64,000 bases of DNA from Octopus vulgaris. Its lineage: Eukaryota. The notes beneath the pieces were generated by a model. That model did not search any database. It was not told the origin of the DNA and worked only from the letters and a program-made list of their open reading frames with translations. Location of the stretch: assembly GCA_951406725.2 (NCBI GenBank), contig OX597824.1, forward strand, positions 90,210,001 to 90,274,000. Reading direction: 5' to 3'. Below are positions 39,025 to 51,858 of the stretch, piece by piece. How positions within the stretch are numbered: the first letter of the stretch is position 1; each line of letters opens with the position of its first letter. The position numbers and the translations under genes are program-made.

Positions 39025-39541
39025 TGTGGAGGCGCAATGGCCCAGTGGTTACAGCAGCAGACTCGCGGTCGTAGGATCACGGTTTCGATTCCCAGACTGG
39101 GCACTGTGAGTGTTTATTGAGTAAAAACACCTAAAGCTCCACGATGCTCCGGTAGGGGGTGGTGGCGACCCCTGCTGTACTCTTTCACCACAACTTTCTC
39201 TCACTCTTCCTTCCTGTTTCTGTTGTACCCGTATTTCAAAGGGGCCAGCCTTGTCACACTCTGTGTCATGCTGAATCTCCCCGAGAACTACATTAAGGGT
39301 ACACGTGTCTGTGGAGTGCTCAACCACTTGCACATTAATAAATGAGCTGCCAAGCTGGTGCCAAGCTGTATCGACCTTTGTCTTTCCCTTGGATAACACT
39401 GGTGGCGTGGAGGGAGGAGGCTGGTATGTGTAGGCGACTGCTGGTCTTCCATAAACAACCTTGTCTGGACTTGTACCTCGGAGGGTAACTTTCTAGGGGC
39501 AATCCCATGGTCATTCATGACCGAAGGGGGTCACAATAACA
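39025..39541 (+). mobile_element. SINE with family-D head and a different body/tail
   Basis: gtggaggcgcaatggcccagtgg head; TSD atagcagtaaga (39012-39023, 39542-39553). Confidence 0.85.
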
Positions 39542-39656
39542 ATAGCAGTAAGAGTGACCTGACATGTATGTAAGCTTCCATCCTTCCTTCCTTCCATCCA
39601 TCCATCCACCCACCCACCCATCCATCCATCCATCTATAGTACATACATACATACAT

Positions 39657-39920
39657 TATGGCTGCCCCCTCGTTATCGAGTATGGCCATTGCACGAAGCT
39701 TAACTGTTACTGGTGCTGTGATTGAACGTGACTTTTTAGCCCAGCTAAAGATCTACAATGTCCTGTACACAATTGGCAACTAAAACCTTTACTGGTAATA
39801 GCCTGCTGTAGTTGTAACTGGGCTTCATGTACCTTTGCATGTCGTTTAAGTCCTTCTGCCGAATTACACTCTCTTCCACATGCCCCACAGATATGATTAG
39901 TATGGTGTGTTACACCACCA
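39657..39920 (-). mobile_element. 5'-truncated RTE-type LINE 3' end encoding two C2H2-like fingers
   Basis: CGACGRECNSAEGLKRHAKVH and CQLCTGHCRSLAGLKSHVQSQH followed by stop and short tail; flanked on both sides by (CATA)n. Confidence 0.6.
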
Positions 39921-40706
39921 TACATACATACATACACTAGGGACCCATGAAAATTCCATGTTTTATAATTCTATTTTATTTACATTTGTATACATACATT
40001 TAAATATCTTCATAACATTGCTTATTTATGTTAAAGACTTTTTATGATAATCAGCTTGTGGACAGCTCTGTTAAAAGAATTATTAAACCTAAACCCTTCG
40101 TTTTATATTCTTCTCTCTTTGGCAGTTGCCAGCTCCCACGATCTCTACTGACGATCGCTACGTCTTCTCCCCTCCCTCGCTGGCTTACTGTCTTCAATGA
40201 GAACAAATAAGATCAAGACGAGGTTATTTCCCTTTGAAAGAGTAACACTCAAATGCACGTTTGTACAAGTAAAAAAGAAAATATCACAGATAATGCAGTT
40301 CTAGTTACTACGAAGAAGACAGGAGTGTCACGGTTGGAACAAACACAAGAATAGTACTGAGGTGTGGCTAAAAAACAAGAAAGCTTGTACACCAACAGTT
40401 CCCAATATGAGGATGCCTGCATCCCCTTTACACACGAGCTGGCATTTTCTGGGATGCAACAAATATACTTTATTACAATCAGTTTTTAGAATAAAATTGC
40501 TCCCATATTTGATGGCATTTAAGATGCACTCTTCTTCTTTCCCATGGAAATGTCTCAAAATAAAAATAAAAAATCATTCATTGGTCTCAAAATATTGTTT
40601 ACTTTTATACACTAAAAACTGTTTTCCCTGAATATGTGCTGCTGAAATGGGAGTGTACCTAATAACCCCATGTGTCTTTTATGCTGCCAAATATGGTAAC
40701 TAACTA

Positions 40707-40915
40707 ATACAACAGTTCTATATTTCAGAGATGAGGAATTATGTACGTTATTTACATTATTTACAGTTGACGGATATTTGTCCTCATCTTGTTTGTTGTT
40801 AACACAACGTTTTGGCTGATATGCCCTCCTGCCTTCATCAGGTGTCTTGGGGATATTCCGAACCTGGGTTCTCATTCCTAAGGTATTTTTCGATGTTGTG
40901 TTGTTGTTGTTGTTA

Positions 40916-40966
<51 letters not shown>
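40707..40966 (-). mobile_element. Penelope-like hammerhead-containing repeat
   Basis: Same sequence as 42693-42880; hammerhead-like core at 40801-40846 with GAAA changed to AAAA. Confidence 0.75.
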
Positions 40967-40967
<1 letters not shown>

Positions 40968-41191
40968 GTTTGACTTTTGCTTTACCTTTGTACAAGTTGG
41001 CTCCAAGTCTCATCCGGAGACTTCAAGAGATAACAAGTTGGAAGTTCATGTTGATGTTATGCCTATGGTGTCGTATATTTGGTTTTGTACATAGTGTTGT
41101 TCTAGAGAATGTTTAAGAAACCATAAGAAAATTATGTTTGTTTTAAAACTTGAGAATACATGGAAAGTATTATTATTACTATAATTATTAT

Positions 41192-41745
41192 TGAGTGAGA
41201 GAGCAGTTCATGCCATCAAAGTATCACTGGGGTAAAATATACGAAGCCCAATATACCCATCATGACTACCCGTCTGATAAGGGTACACCAGGCACATGCA
41301 TCACAACCATATGTGCGCAACATAGTGATCTCATATCAAGATAAACAGCACATGACCTTGCAGGTGGGGCCCAGTTAGAATTTTCTTCAGGTCGAGTAGC
41401 CCATCCTGCTCAAAAGGTCCCTGAATAAGGGTTGCTTTAGGATGTTGAACGAAACACCCATGTTTCCAGAGGTGAATTATTCAAACCCCAAAGAATCCCT
41501 CTCAACACATGGCTATGATGCTCCCCCACTACTTCTGCTCGTGATCAGAGATGCACATATTGTCAGCCACTAAGGGACATGCTCAACTGGTTAAGGTCAA
41601 ACAACTGACAAGCAAATCTGTGGTATTGAGCTGAATATTTGCTGTAGCCATCTTTTATGTCAAGACAAAACAATGTGCATGATAACACTTTCAATCAGTT
41701 AAGATCAGAAGCCATGAGAGCCACTGCCTGGTACTGCATCAGGGC

Positions 41746-41750
<5 letters not shown>
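41192..41750. mobile_element. Insertion embedded in (ATT)n microsatellite
   Basis: ~560 bp of non-microsatellite sequence bounded by (ATT)n on both sides. Confidence 0.45.
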
Positions 41751-41790
<40 letters not shown>

Positions 41791-42104
41791 CATCATCATT
41801 ATTATTCAGGTCATCGAAAAATACCTTAGGAATGAGAACCCAAAATACCTTGGAATGAGAAATATCAACAAGACTGACCAGGTATTAAACAGCAATAATA
41901 ATAAAGATGTGCAAAAGCCTCCAAGAGGTTGGTCGATCTGCTAGTTATAGCTGCCAAATTTCCCTCAAAGTCTACACCAATGGTGTGTTAAAGAAAATAA
42001 AGAAGACACGGGATAAATGTCTCAAATGTGATTGATCATGGCCGGACTAATTTGATCATAGAATTCCTTGGTCAAGACTGACCTGGGGTTAAACAACAAC
42101 AGCA

Positions 42105-42430
42105 GGAGGAGGCGCAATGGCCCAGTGGTTAGGGCAGCAGACTCACGGTTTCGATTCCCAGACTGGGTGTTGTGTGTGTTTATTGAGCGAAAACACCAAA
42201 AATCTCTACGAGGCTCCGGCAGGGGGTGGTGGCGACCCCTGTTGTACTCTTTCGCTCCAAACTTTCTCTAACTCTTTCTTCCTGTTTCTTGTCCCTGACT
42301 TCCTATGCAACCGCTGAGCCTGGATGCGCATCCATCCATCCGTCGATGCTCTCGGCGTCGGGGGGTTGACCTGCTTTCTCTTCTGCGGGTCTTATGAATA
42401 GCAAAGGACCACGTTTCGGACTTCTCCCAG
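42105..42430 (+). mobile_element. SINE with family-D head and a third type of tail
   Basis: ggaggcgcaatggcccagtggttagggcagcagactc head shared with 39025. Confidence 0.75.
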
Positions 42431-42762
42431 CAACATGAACAAGAGTTGATTTTTTTTTTTAATACGAAGGATTCTGTGACATGTGAATGTTGCTGATAAA
42501 GAAGAAAATGACAAAGTCCAAAATATATGATTGGTGCGGCTGCAACTTTATATCAAAGATATCGACAAATAACCAAAGGGCAAACAGATATTTCACACAA
42601 CAATACAAAGGCTTTGAGATCCAATGTATTCGAGGTGCTTTCACTTCATTTACACCTGCTGATACCTGTGCAATAGACACATACGTGTCTACATTTAAGA
42701 GATGAGGAATTATGTACATTATTTACATTTGGCGGATATTTGTCCTCATCTTGTTTGTTGTT

Positions 42763-42808
42763 AACACAACGTTTCAGCTGATATACCCTCCAGTCTTCAT
42801 CAGGTGTC
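42763..42808 (-). ncRNA. Minimal type I hammerhead ribozyme-like motif
   Basis: Minus strand GACAC CUGAUGA A GACUG-gaggguauau-CAGCU GAAA CG UU GUGUU; stem I GACAC/GUGUU, palindromic AACGUU stem III, imperfect stem II. Confidence 0.65.
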
Positions 42809-43083
42809 TTGGGGGAATTTCGAACCTGGGTTCTCGTTCCTAAGGTATTTTTCGATGTTGTTGTTATTATTATTATTATTATTCAGGTCACTGCCTGGAA
42901 TCAAACTCAGAATCTTGGGGTTAGTAGCCTGCACTCTTAACCACTACGCCATATTGCTCGTGGGCATTTAGTATAGTGGTTACAGGCAATGACCTGAATA
43001 ATAATAATAATAATGATAATAACAACAATAACAACATCGAAAAATACCTTAGGAATTAGAACCCAGGTTCGAAATTTCCCCAA

Positions 43084-43126
43084 GACACCTGATGAAGGCT
43101 GGAGGGTATATCAGCCGAAACATGTT
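43084..43126 (+). ncRNA. Minimal hammerhead ribozyme-like motif
   Basis: GACAC CUGAUGA A GGCUG-gaggguauau-CAGCC GAAA CAUGUU; perfect stem II, altered stem III/cleavage region. Confidence 0.55.
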
Positions 43127-43529
43127 AACAACAAACAAGATGAGGACACATATCCGTCCAATGAAAATAATGTACAATATATGAGGGTGAGCCAAAAAGT
43201 AATGCCATTTTGTTTAGGACAGGTGTAATTACCAACCCAGGAACATGTATCATACATCAAAATGAAGTTGGTCCTCTGTGGATCACATCCCTACTTCTCA
43301 ACATAGTCAGTTTCTCTCAATACCAATATTCCACCTTCCAATGAGAGCATGTATCCCTGCCCCATCGACCAAACTCTCTCATAAGGAATGCATGTGTGTG
43401 TGTATGTATGTGTGTATGTATGTATGTACATATGTATGTATGCATGCATGTATGTATGTGTGTATGCAGGTATGTATGTGTGTGTATGTCTATGCATCTA
43501 TATATCAGCCATTTTCTCCACCCAATATT

Positions 43530-43787
43530 GGCCCCCGTGCCAGTGGCACGTAAAAAGCACCAGCCGATCATGGCCGTTTGCCAGCCTCGTCTGGCACCTG
43601 TGCAGGTGGCACGTATAAAGCACCCACTACACTCATGGAGTGGTTGGCGTTAGGAAGGGCATCCAGCTGTAGAAACACTGCCAGATCAGATTGGGCCTGG
43701 CGCAGCCTTCTGGCTTCCCAGACCCTGGTTGAACAATCCAACCCATGCTAGCATGGAAAACGGAAGTTAAAGGACGATGATGATGAT
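43530..43787 (+). mobile_element. SINE family C
   Basis: Consensus match with (GAT)n tail. Confidence 0.8.
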
Positions 43788-43874
43788 TATTGCATAGAGA
43801 GTTGTAGTCAATTACCTAGCTTTGTGAAGAGTTACCAGTGACATTTGCTGCACCAGCCACCCCACCTAGTTATC

Positions 43875-44225
43875 ACCATCATCATCATCATTTAACATTC
43901 GCTTTCCATGTTGGCACGGGCTGGACAGTTTGACTGGGGTCTGGCAAGCCAGTAGGCTGCACCAGGCTCCAATCTGATCTAGCAAGGTTTCTACAGCTGG
44001 ATGCCGTTCCTAATGCCAACCACTCCAAGAATGTAGTGGGTGCTTTTTACGTGCCACTGGTATGGGAACCAGTCAGGGGGCACTTGTATCGATCATGCTT
44101 GCATGGTGCTTTTTACGTGCCACTGGCACAGGAGCCAGCCAGTCAGGGGCATCGACTATGTTCGGATGGTGCTTTTTAAGTGCTACCAGCACAGGAGCCA
44201 ATCAGGGGGCACTGGCAATGGGGAT
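43875..44225 (-). mobile_element. SINE family C (tail-to-tail with previous copy)
   Basis: Consensus match. Confidence 0.75.
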
Positions 44226-44886
44226 CAATTCTGAGAAGAGACTGGAAATTTGATTTGATCTGAAAACCTAGAACCTGGTGTTTGTGAGGATTAAAAATTG
44301 CCATGGATTATCCCTTTAGCCTTCTAATTATCCTGTCAGATGCAATGATGATTTATTCACACTGTTTTGAATTAATCATGGATTTAAGACTTTTGTAATG
44401 TGATTGATTATTTTTGGAAGGACTTTGTAGGGTAGGTGTGAGAGGCCTGATCTGGCTGGTTTGAAAGTAAAACAGGTAGGAAATTTGGGCTGAATATGAT
44501 AGCGAAGGAGAACTGGCCCCAGCCAGCCAGCCCAAAGATTGAGGTGGGCTGTACTTGTCTACCTCGGTTGCTATGGCATTGAGATAAATCCGGCCACCTC
44601 CGTTGACAGGGACAAAACCCGGATTTAAAACACTGGATGATGATGACAATGATGATGATGGCTGGTTTGAATACTAAAGGTTTAAACCTATTAAGCCAAA
44701 GCAGGATTAGATCCCTTACCATGCTTCTCACATTCAGATTTTAGCACCACCGCTTGACCTCTGTGGTGAGTCTTCAGGTCAGATAAGGTCAGGTTTCCAG
44801 ACAGGTTAAATTTCCTCCTTTCCAATGCCAGAGACCTTGAAAAGGGCCAGAAAAGGTTCATGGGCACTGCCTTTCCTCCTCTAACT

Positions 44887-45250
44887 GGTATGGCTGTGTG
44901 GTAAGAAGTTTGCTTCCCAACCACATGGTTCCAGGTTCAGTCCCACTGTGTGACACCTTGGGCACATCTATTACAGTCTCGGGCCATCCAAAAGCCTTGT
45001 AAATTGATTTGGTAGAAGAAAAGTGAAAGAAGCCTTATATGTATGTGTGTGTGTGCTTTGTGTCTTTGTGGTTCCCCACCGCCACTTGTCAACCGGTGTT
45101 GGTGTGTTTACACTCCTGTAACTTAGTGGTTTGGCAAAAAGAGACCAATAGAATAAGTAGCGGTCTTAAAAAAAATAAAGTTCAAGGGCTGATCTGTTTG
45201 GCTAAAATTCTTCAAGACAGAGTGCCCTAGCATGGCCACATGTCTAATGA
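44887..45250 (+). mobile_element. SINE family A, diverged
   Basis: Consensus match. Confidence 0.7.
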
Positions 45251-46101
45251 CATGGGTTGCACTGTTTGACAGGAGCTGCCCCAGGCCCCACTGTATGTTT
45301 TAGCATGATTCCTCCAGGTGGATGCCCTTCATAACCCCAACCACTTTACAGAGTGTTCTTGGTGCTTTTTACGTGGCACTAGCACCATTGCTTTTTACAA
45401 CCATCATCATTATCATTTAACATCCTTTTTTCCTATGCTAGCATGGGTTGGATGGGTTGATGAGCCGGGTTCTGAGTTAGCCTGTACTGCTATCAAATGC
45501 TAATTATCGCATCATCTGCTAGAAGGAGGGTGGGGGCAATTTCACAAAAGAAAGACCATTACCTTACCATCGCTCTCTAACATTGTTGAGGGTTTGTTGT
45601 TTTCGCCCCCCCCAGCTGGAGAAAAGGCACCAGGAGCCAATGATTCACACACATTTATGTTCGTTTCAGTCACTGGACTGGGGCCATTTAAAAGGGCACC
45701 GCCTTGAACGGTTTAGACGAAAAAAAAAAAAAAAAATCAACCCCAGTGCTTTTTTTTTTTTTTTTTTGAAAGTCAGGTACACATTCATTCTATCGATCTC
45801 TTAAGTAACTGCTAAGTTATTTGCACGTAAACAAAGTAACACCCGTTTGTCAAACGGGGGTTGGGGAGACAAACGCACAGACACACATATAAGTATAGAT
45901 ATTTCTGACTTATGGATTGTTCGACGATAAATAGACACACACACACATATATATAAATATATATATACATATATATACACACATATATATATAACATATA
46001 TATATACATATATATATATATGTATACATACATATATATACATATATATATATGTATACATATATATACATATATATATATGTATACATATATATATATG
46101 T

Positions 46102-46146
<45 letters not shown>

Positions 46147-46820
46147 TAGATAGATAGATACATACGTACATACATACATACATATAAGGTATGGTTGTAT
46201 GTATAAAATAAAGGTAGTTTATCTAAAGCGTATGATCGTTTAAAGGAGGCAGTAAGGATCTTTTCAGTAATGCAATCAAAATATTTCATCTGAGGGTAAT
46301 CCGTCACAAAATCAAAATTTCCAGCGATGGCCGAGCTAAGTATTTAAGGGGGAAATAAAGTTGGCGATGTTTGTATCTTCCGCGCATGGACGGACACTGG
46401 CCGGGGGTCGTAATTGAAATGAAATAACCACAAGCAGGAATTAATATTTGATCACGACCTGTTTTCGCTAAAAAAATTAACATTCCACACTGATTGATCC
46501 CATATATATATATATATAATGACTACATGTATGTATATGTAACGGACATATATATGTGTGTGCCATGTGTTCCGAGTGTCATGTTTACGAATATAAAATT
46601 GCTGATTTGATGGGATATCCTCTGTTCTGTGCATATGTGTGTGTGTGTGTGCTATATATTTTCGTTCTAATGTAGACTTTTATCAACCCCGCTTTTTTTT
46701 TGTCTTTTTACCAAAATACCTTGAAAAGCGAATTACTCAAAAAGCATGAAATACGCCTCATAAAATATATACTTCCCGATTAAAAGAAATAAAATTACGA
46801 TATCTTTCCAAATGACCGTG

Positions 46821-46872
<52 letters not shown>

Positions 46873-46930
46873 TATGTATGTATATATATATATATATATG
46901 TGTGTATATATATATATAAGTATGTATGTG

Positions 46931-46963
<33 letters not shown>

Positions 46964-47042
46964 ATGTAAATTTAGAGATAAATTCCTCTATTTACATAAT
47001 ATCGATGTCTCTTTCATTCTTTTGTTGTCTTACCATTTTCAT

Positions 47043-47079
<37 letters not shown>

Positions 47080-47593
47080 GTTTGTATTCATTTATATATC
47101 CGAATATATATGGAAAGGTTGACGACCGATTGCATATCCTGTTGATAAAAATTTTGCGCCAGTTATGGATAGTTTCCATTTTTATTAATACACATTAAAA
47201 ACGCATTAAATGCTCCCTGCCTCTGCATAATATACATCTATATATATCTATATATATACACACATGATGTATATATGTTTAGTGTGTATTGTATAAACTG
47301 CGTAATAATGAAATGATTACAAGGTTGCTTTCGTTTTAAGCTATAATCACAATGGATGCGTATTTGTCTTCTCGTTCCATATGTTCCAAGGTACATTTAT
47401 CCCCCTGGTTCCTGTTTCTCAGTCGCGTATATATATGCTCATAAAACATATATATATATATAAAAACAGAATTGTGAATTATATAATCAATCGTTCCAAG
47501 CAAATGCTATGCACATACAGCTATATGAAAAACAAAACCCGCTCTTTTTATCTACCATAATATATATATATACATGCGTATGTATAAATATAC

Positions 47594-47641
<48 letters not shown>

Positions 47642-48539
47642 GTGTGTGTGTGTGTGTGTGTATGTATATATATATATATATATATATAGGAAATAAGAGG
47701 ACGTGTGTATGTGCTGAAAATATGGTATATACGGTTAAACCAGCCTCGTATTATCGAAGTATCGTGGAAAATATGATGAATGAAATTTAAGGATCAAGGA
47801 CTTGAGATCGCCGTGTTGGATCTTAAATAAAATAAGCATGGAGTTTGTAAAGGGATGGACAAAAGAATGGAAATCTAAGCCGTTCATGTCTTTTTCTGCG
47901 AAGAATAATAACAGTAGTTCACATTTTTAGGTTGCTATATTATAGTGTAGATATTAATTGTATGTAATATTAATTTCCTATTATTCGTAGACGCCTTGAC
48001 AGGTGCTACTACTCCGGGTAGGTGAAGATCTGGGGATAATAGTGGCTACGGGGTGGTTCCACCACCTCAAAACTCTGGAACTACCGAACCGATATCTCAC
48101 TAGAGATACAGAAAGCGGTTTGTTAGTTATAAGGGTTGATTAGCATGTGAACCACCACCACCCGAGCCAGGGGGCACTGTGAAAATCATGGGATGGATGC
48201 AGAATGGTGAATGTGGATTATTTCGGCATGGCGAATAACGCTAGATGCTAAGAGGATGAACAGGGATGAAGAGAGAACAGTCAACGGCCGGGATCAACCA
48301 GTTCAGTGTGCGAACTACTGCTATATGTAGCCATGGTGTTGCCCAGATGAGAGATTTCTACTAGCAAACGACCGATATGGCTAAAACCCAGGCCACACAT
48401 CCATGCCTGAGTGTTCGATTGGGACATCTGGCACGGAAGGGTTTACATTAATCGGGGCAAACCGGCCGATCGGAACGATTTTCGAACGACCTCCCCAACA
48501 GTCAGCCACCGAGTGCCACCATCTTGCCATTTAAACTGC

Positions 48540-48722
48540 ACCCTCGTCTTCGCCCTCAGCTCCCGCTACTACTCCCTCAGTGTCTCGTCGGCAACCTCTT
48601 CCTTGACTTCCGCTAATCAGTTTCTACTTCCGGCAGCGCTGCCATTGTGGAGCGCCGGCCAAGTTTGTGTTGAGCTGAGCTGACTTGGAAGTGTTTTGGT
48701 CGGAAGAGGAGAACTTGTATGT
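48540..48722 (+). promoter_or_regulatory. Candidate RTF1 promoter / non-coding first exon
   Basis: Locally CpG-rich island ~1.1 kb upstream of the RTF1 ATG; two acttccg ETS-like motifs, a gccattgt YY1-like motif and a possible donor gtatgt at 48717. Confidence 0.4.
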
Positions 48723-48799
48723 ATATATATAAATATATTACTATATATATATAGCTGGCTGTAGCCTTTTCTTTTAAAATCTGTGTGCTGTATATATAT

Positions 48800-49250
48800 A
48801 TAGAAAGAAGCACGTTAATCACTACACGCATACACACACATATACAAAGATACATACACACATATATATATACATGTGTGTATATATATATATGTGTGTA
48901 TATATATATACGTGTGTGTGTATATGTGTGTAAGACTATAACATCGTGTATTTGTGTATATATATAAAGAAGTACGTTAATCAGTACAAGCATACACACA
49001 CACATATACAAAGATACATATATATATATCTGTGTGTATATATATATATATATATATGTGTATATATATATATATGTGTGTATATATATATATGTGTGTA
49101 AGACTATAACATCGTGTATTTGTGTATATATATAAAGAAGTACGTTAATCAGTACAGGCATACACACACATATACAAAGATATATATGTGTGTGTGTGTA
49201 TATATACATATGTATATATATATATGTGTGTAAGACTATAAGATCGTGTA
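48800..49250. repeat. ~165-bp triplication containing TA/CA microsatellites
   Basis: acgttaatca(c/g)tac...gtgtaagactataa repeated three times. Confidence 0.75.
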
Positions 49251-49780
49251 TATGTGTGTGTGTATATGAATGTGTGGTTCCTTTTTTCCCCCCCTATCAC
49301 CATGCTCTGGTACACATAGCTACACACTCTTGATGTACCTCATTCACGGTTTTATTAAGAGTGGAACCTTTAACCCCGTTGTGGATTCTGTGTGAGTGTT
49401 TATAATTATATATATATAAAAGAAAACCCCCCCATTATATACCTCAACGGTAGATCTTATTTAAAAAGAATAACAAAAAAACTCAACGAAAGACAATTCA
49501 CAATAACATCAACAATAAACATTACAACATATATTATGAATCAGAAGAAATCACCCCTGGTTTATAATAATAATAATGATGAACACCATCATCATCGTCA
49601 TCAGCACAATGAAAGGATAAGCCTATGAAGTTACAATTACGGTTATTATTACATAAATAATAACAAGATATTATTGAAGAGAGAGAGAGAGAAAGACACC
49701 TTGGTGGTTATTTACGAAACGTGCTTCGAACTTCATTGAATAAAGTGAAAACAGCAAAAACCACAACAAAAGCACCCATC

Positions 49781-49846
49781 ATGTCCAAAAGGAAGATTGT
49801 TATAGAATCGGATAGTGATTCGGACAGTGATGATAATTTTGATGAG
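49781..49846 (+). CDS. RTF1: RTF1 (Paf1 complex subunit) coding exon 1
   Basis: catcATG MSKRKIVIESDSDSDSDDNFDE followed by gtaagt donor; resembles RTF1 N-terminus (human ...VVIDSDTEDSGSDENLD). Confidence 0.8.
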
Positions 49847-49877
49847 GTAAGTTCAATTCAAACTATCTCACTTTGAA

Positions 49878-49906
49878 TGTCCATCTGTCTATCCATCCAT
49901 CCATCC

Positions 49907-49969
<63 letters not shown>

Positions 49970-50043
49970 CATCTATCTGTGTATGCGTCTGTCTGTCTAT
50001 CTATCTATCTATCCATCCATGAGTCTGTCTATCTCTCTATCCG

Positions 50044-50122
<79 letters not shown>

Positions 50123-50287
50123 GTCCATCCATCTATCCACCCATCTATCTGTCTATCTCTCTATCCGTCCATCCATCTATCTATGCGTCTGTCTATCTTT
50201 CTATCCGTCTGTTTGTCTCTCTCTCTCTCTATCTATCTATCTATTCACTTATCTGTCTATCTCTCCACTTTATCTATCTATCTATCG
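49878..50287. repeat. (CTAT)n/(CCAT)n microsatellite in RTF1 intron 1
   Basis: Directly visible. Confidence 0.95.
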
Positions 50288-51277
50288 TTATATTTAAGAG
50301 TGCTTGTGTTAAATCACACACACACACATGAGAATAAATGGGCGGAGGTAAAGAATACGCACACCACCCGTTTTCGGCGTAACCCTAACCCTTAAACCCC
50401 GGATGTGCGTATTCTTTACCCTCACCAATAAATGTGTATTGTACAAAAAGATTCGTGAATTTTTTTTTATATATCTCTTTATATATGTAGATAGTATTTT
50501 TGGGTGTGTAGATGCATGTACATATACACGCGCACACACTACCCATGTCAAATTAACCACATGTCTGTCCACATACCTTTTCTCTCTGGACTATAAGCTT
50601 ATTTTGTTATGTAGTTGAACAATGTACAGGTATTTTCATTATCGATTTTATATCATGTAAGCATGGGAAATTCCCTCGTCATACTTCAGCCTCTGTATCA
50701 AATCGGTGCTTTTGATAAAATTATTCCCGCTCTACCGGGTTCGATCCTGCATCGTGTTATAAAATCGTTATCGATTTCTGATATATAAAACACAGTATCT
50801 CGAACTGGAGGAAAGATATCAATTTGTTCAATTCCAGCACTTGACTGGTTTCTGTTTTTCTTTTGTCGGGTTCCAGAGGTTGATAGAAAGATTACGTCGA
50901 CCTTTGGCGGAATTTGAACAGAGAGCTTAAAAGCACTCAGCTAAATATCTCATTTACATTCTAATCTTAGTTGCATTTCAAATCTAAAGGCGGTTTGTTG
51001 CTGCCTGTGTTTCGTTTTCGTTATACTGATGTCGTGAGTGGAATGGTTGTGTGTGGTGGAGTCCTATCCTCCGAAATTACTCAATCGCCTAATGATACCT
51101 TCTAATGCCATCTTGAGATCACCACCGTATCAGTTGTTACACGGGTTCGCTTCCAGAGTTAGACACTAGCCTGGCCCATCTATGTTCATGTGTATATCGC
51201 ACGTGTTGCTGTTGTTTAGACCACGGTCACACTTGATCAAGCAGACCCGCGATCAAGAGCAATCCACTGATGGCCAT

Positions 51278-51429
51278 CAGGGCCGGCCCCAGGGTTGCTG
51301 GCGACCCGGGTAAGCTGAACTTCGGCGTTCAAGCTGCCGGTTGTGGAAATTCCCTTGTCTTTGTTGCGTCCCTTAACACATGGCGCCCCGAGCGACTGCC
51401 CGGGTTGCCAGTACCTTAAGCCGGCCTTG
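51278..51429. mobile_element. hAT (Tip100-like) MITE
   Basis: TIR cagggccggc / gccggccttg; imperfect 8-bp TSD atggccat / atggctaa. Confidence 0.7.
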
Positions 51430-51858
51430 ATGGCTAACCCTTCTATTTTTGCATATTAAGGGACTGCATTGTACTATGTATATATCAGTCGTTATTTAAG
51501 ACAATAGGGTGTGATTTGAAGGCGATTTCACTGCTATATCTGGTAGGTACAACAATCATGTTGGTCCTTGCTACATGTGTCCATTCTACGCGTATGTATA
51601 TAAATAATGATACTTGTCTGTTGAATAATTATATACACTTTTCCCATGGAATATATACATAGTGTGAGAATAAAATGTATGACAATGAAACTGTCATTCG
51701 ACTGGCTAGAAATGGCAGCCAAAATATATTTTAATCATCATCATCATTTAACGTCTGCTTTCCATGCTGGCATTGGTTAGACGGTTTGACTGGAACTCGT
51801 AAGTCAGAGAGCTGTACCAGGTTCCAGTCTGATTTGGCATGGTTTCTATGGCTGGATG

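Larger units (their letters stand above)
42693..43176. mobile_element. Head-to-head inverted pair of tRNA-head + hammerhead repeats
   Basis: Left arm 42693-~42897 is the reverse complement of right arm ~42983-43176; tRNA-like sequence in the centre. Confidence 0.8.

Noticed and set aside
39707-39937. C2H2 zinc-finger gene exon (octopus C2H2 expansion)
   Set aside because: No TGEKP linkers; CxSxxGLxxH fingers followed by stop, short tail and duplicated flanks fit an RTE LINE C-terminus better.
42886-42957. Functional tRNA gene (also SINE heads at 30745, 39025 and 51859)
   Set aside because: Acceptor stem not closed and sequence continues into repeat bodies; these are tRNA-derived heads only.
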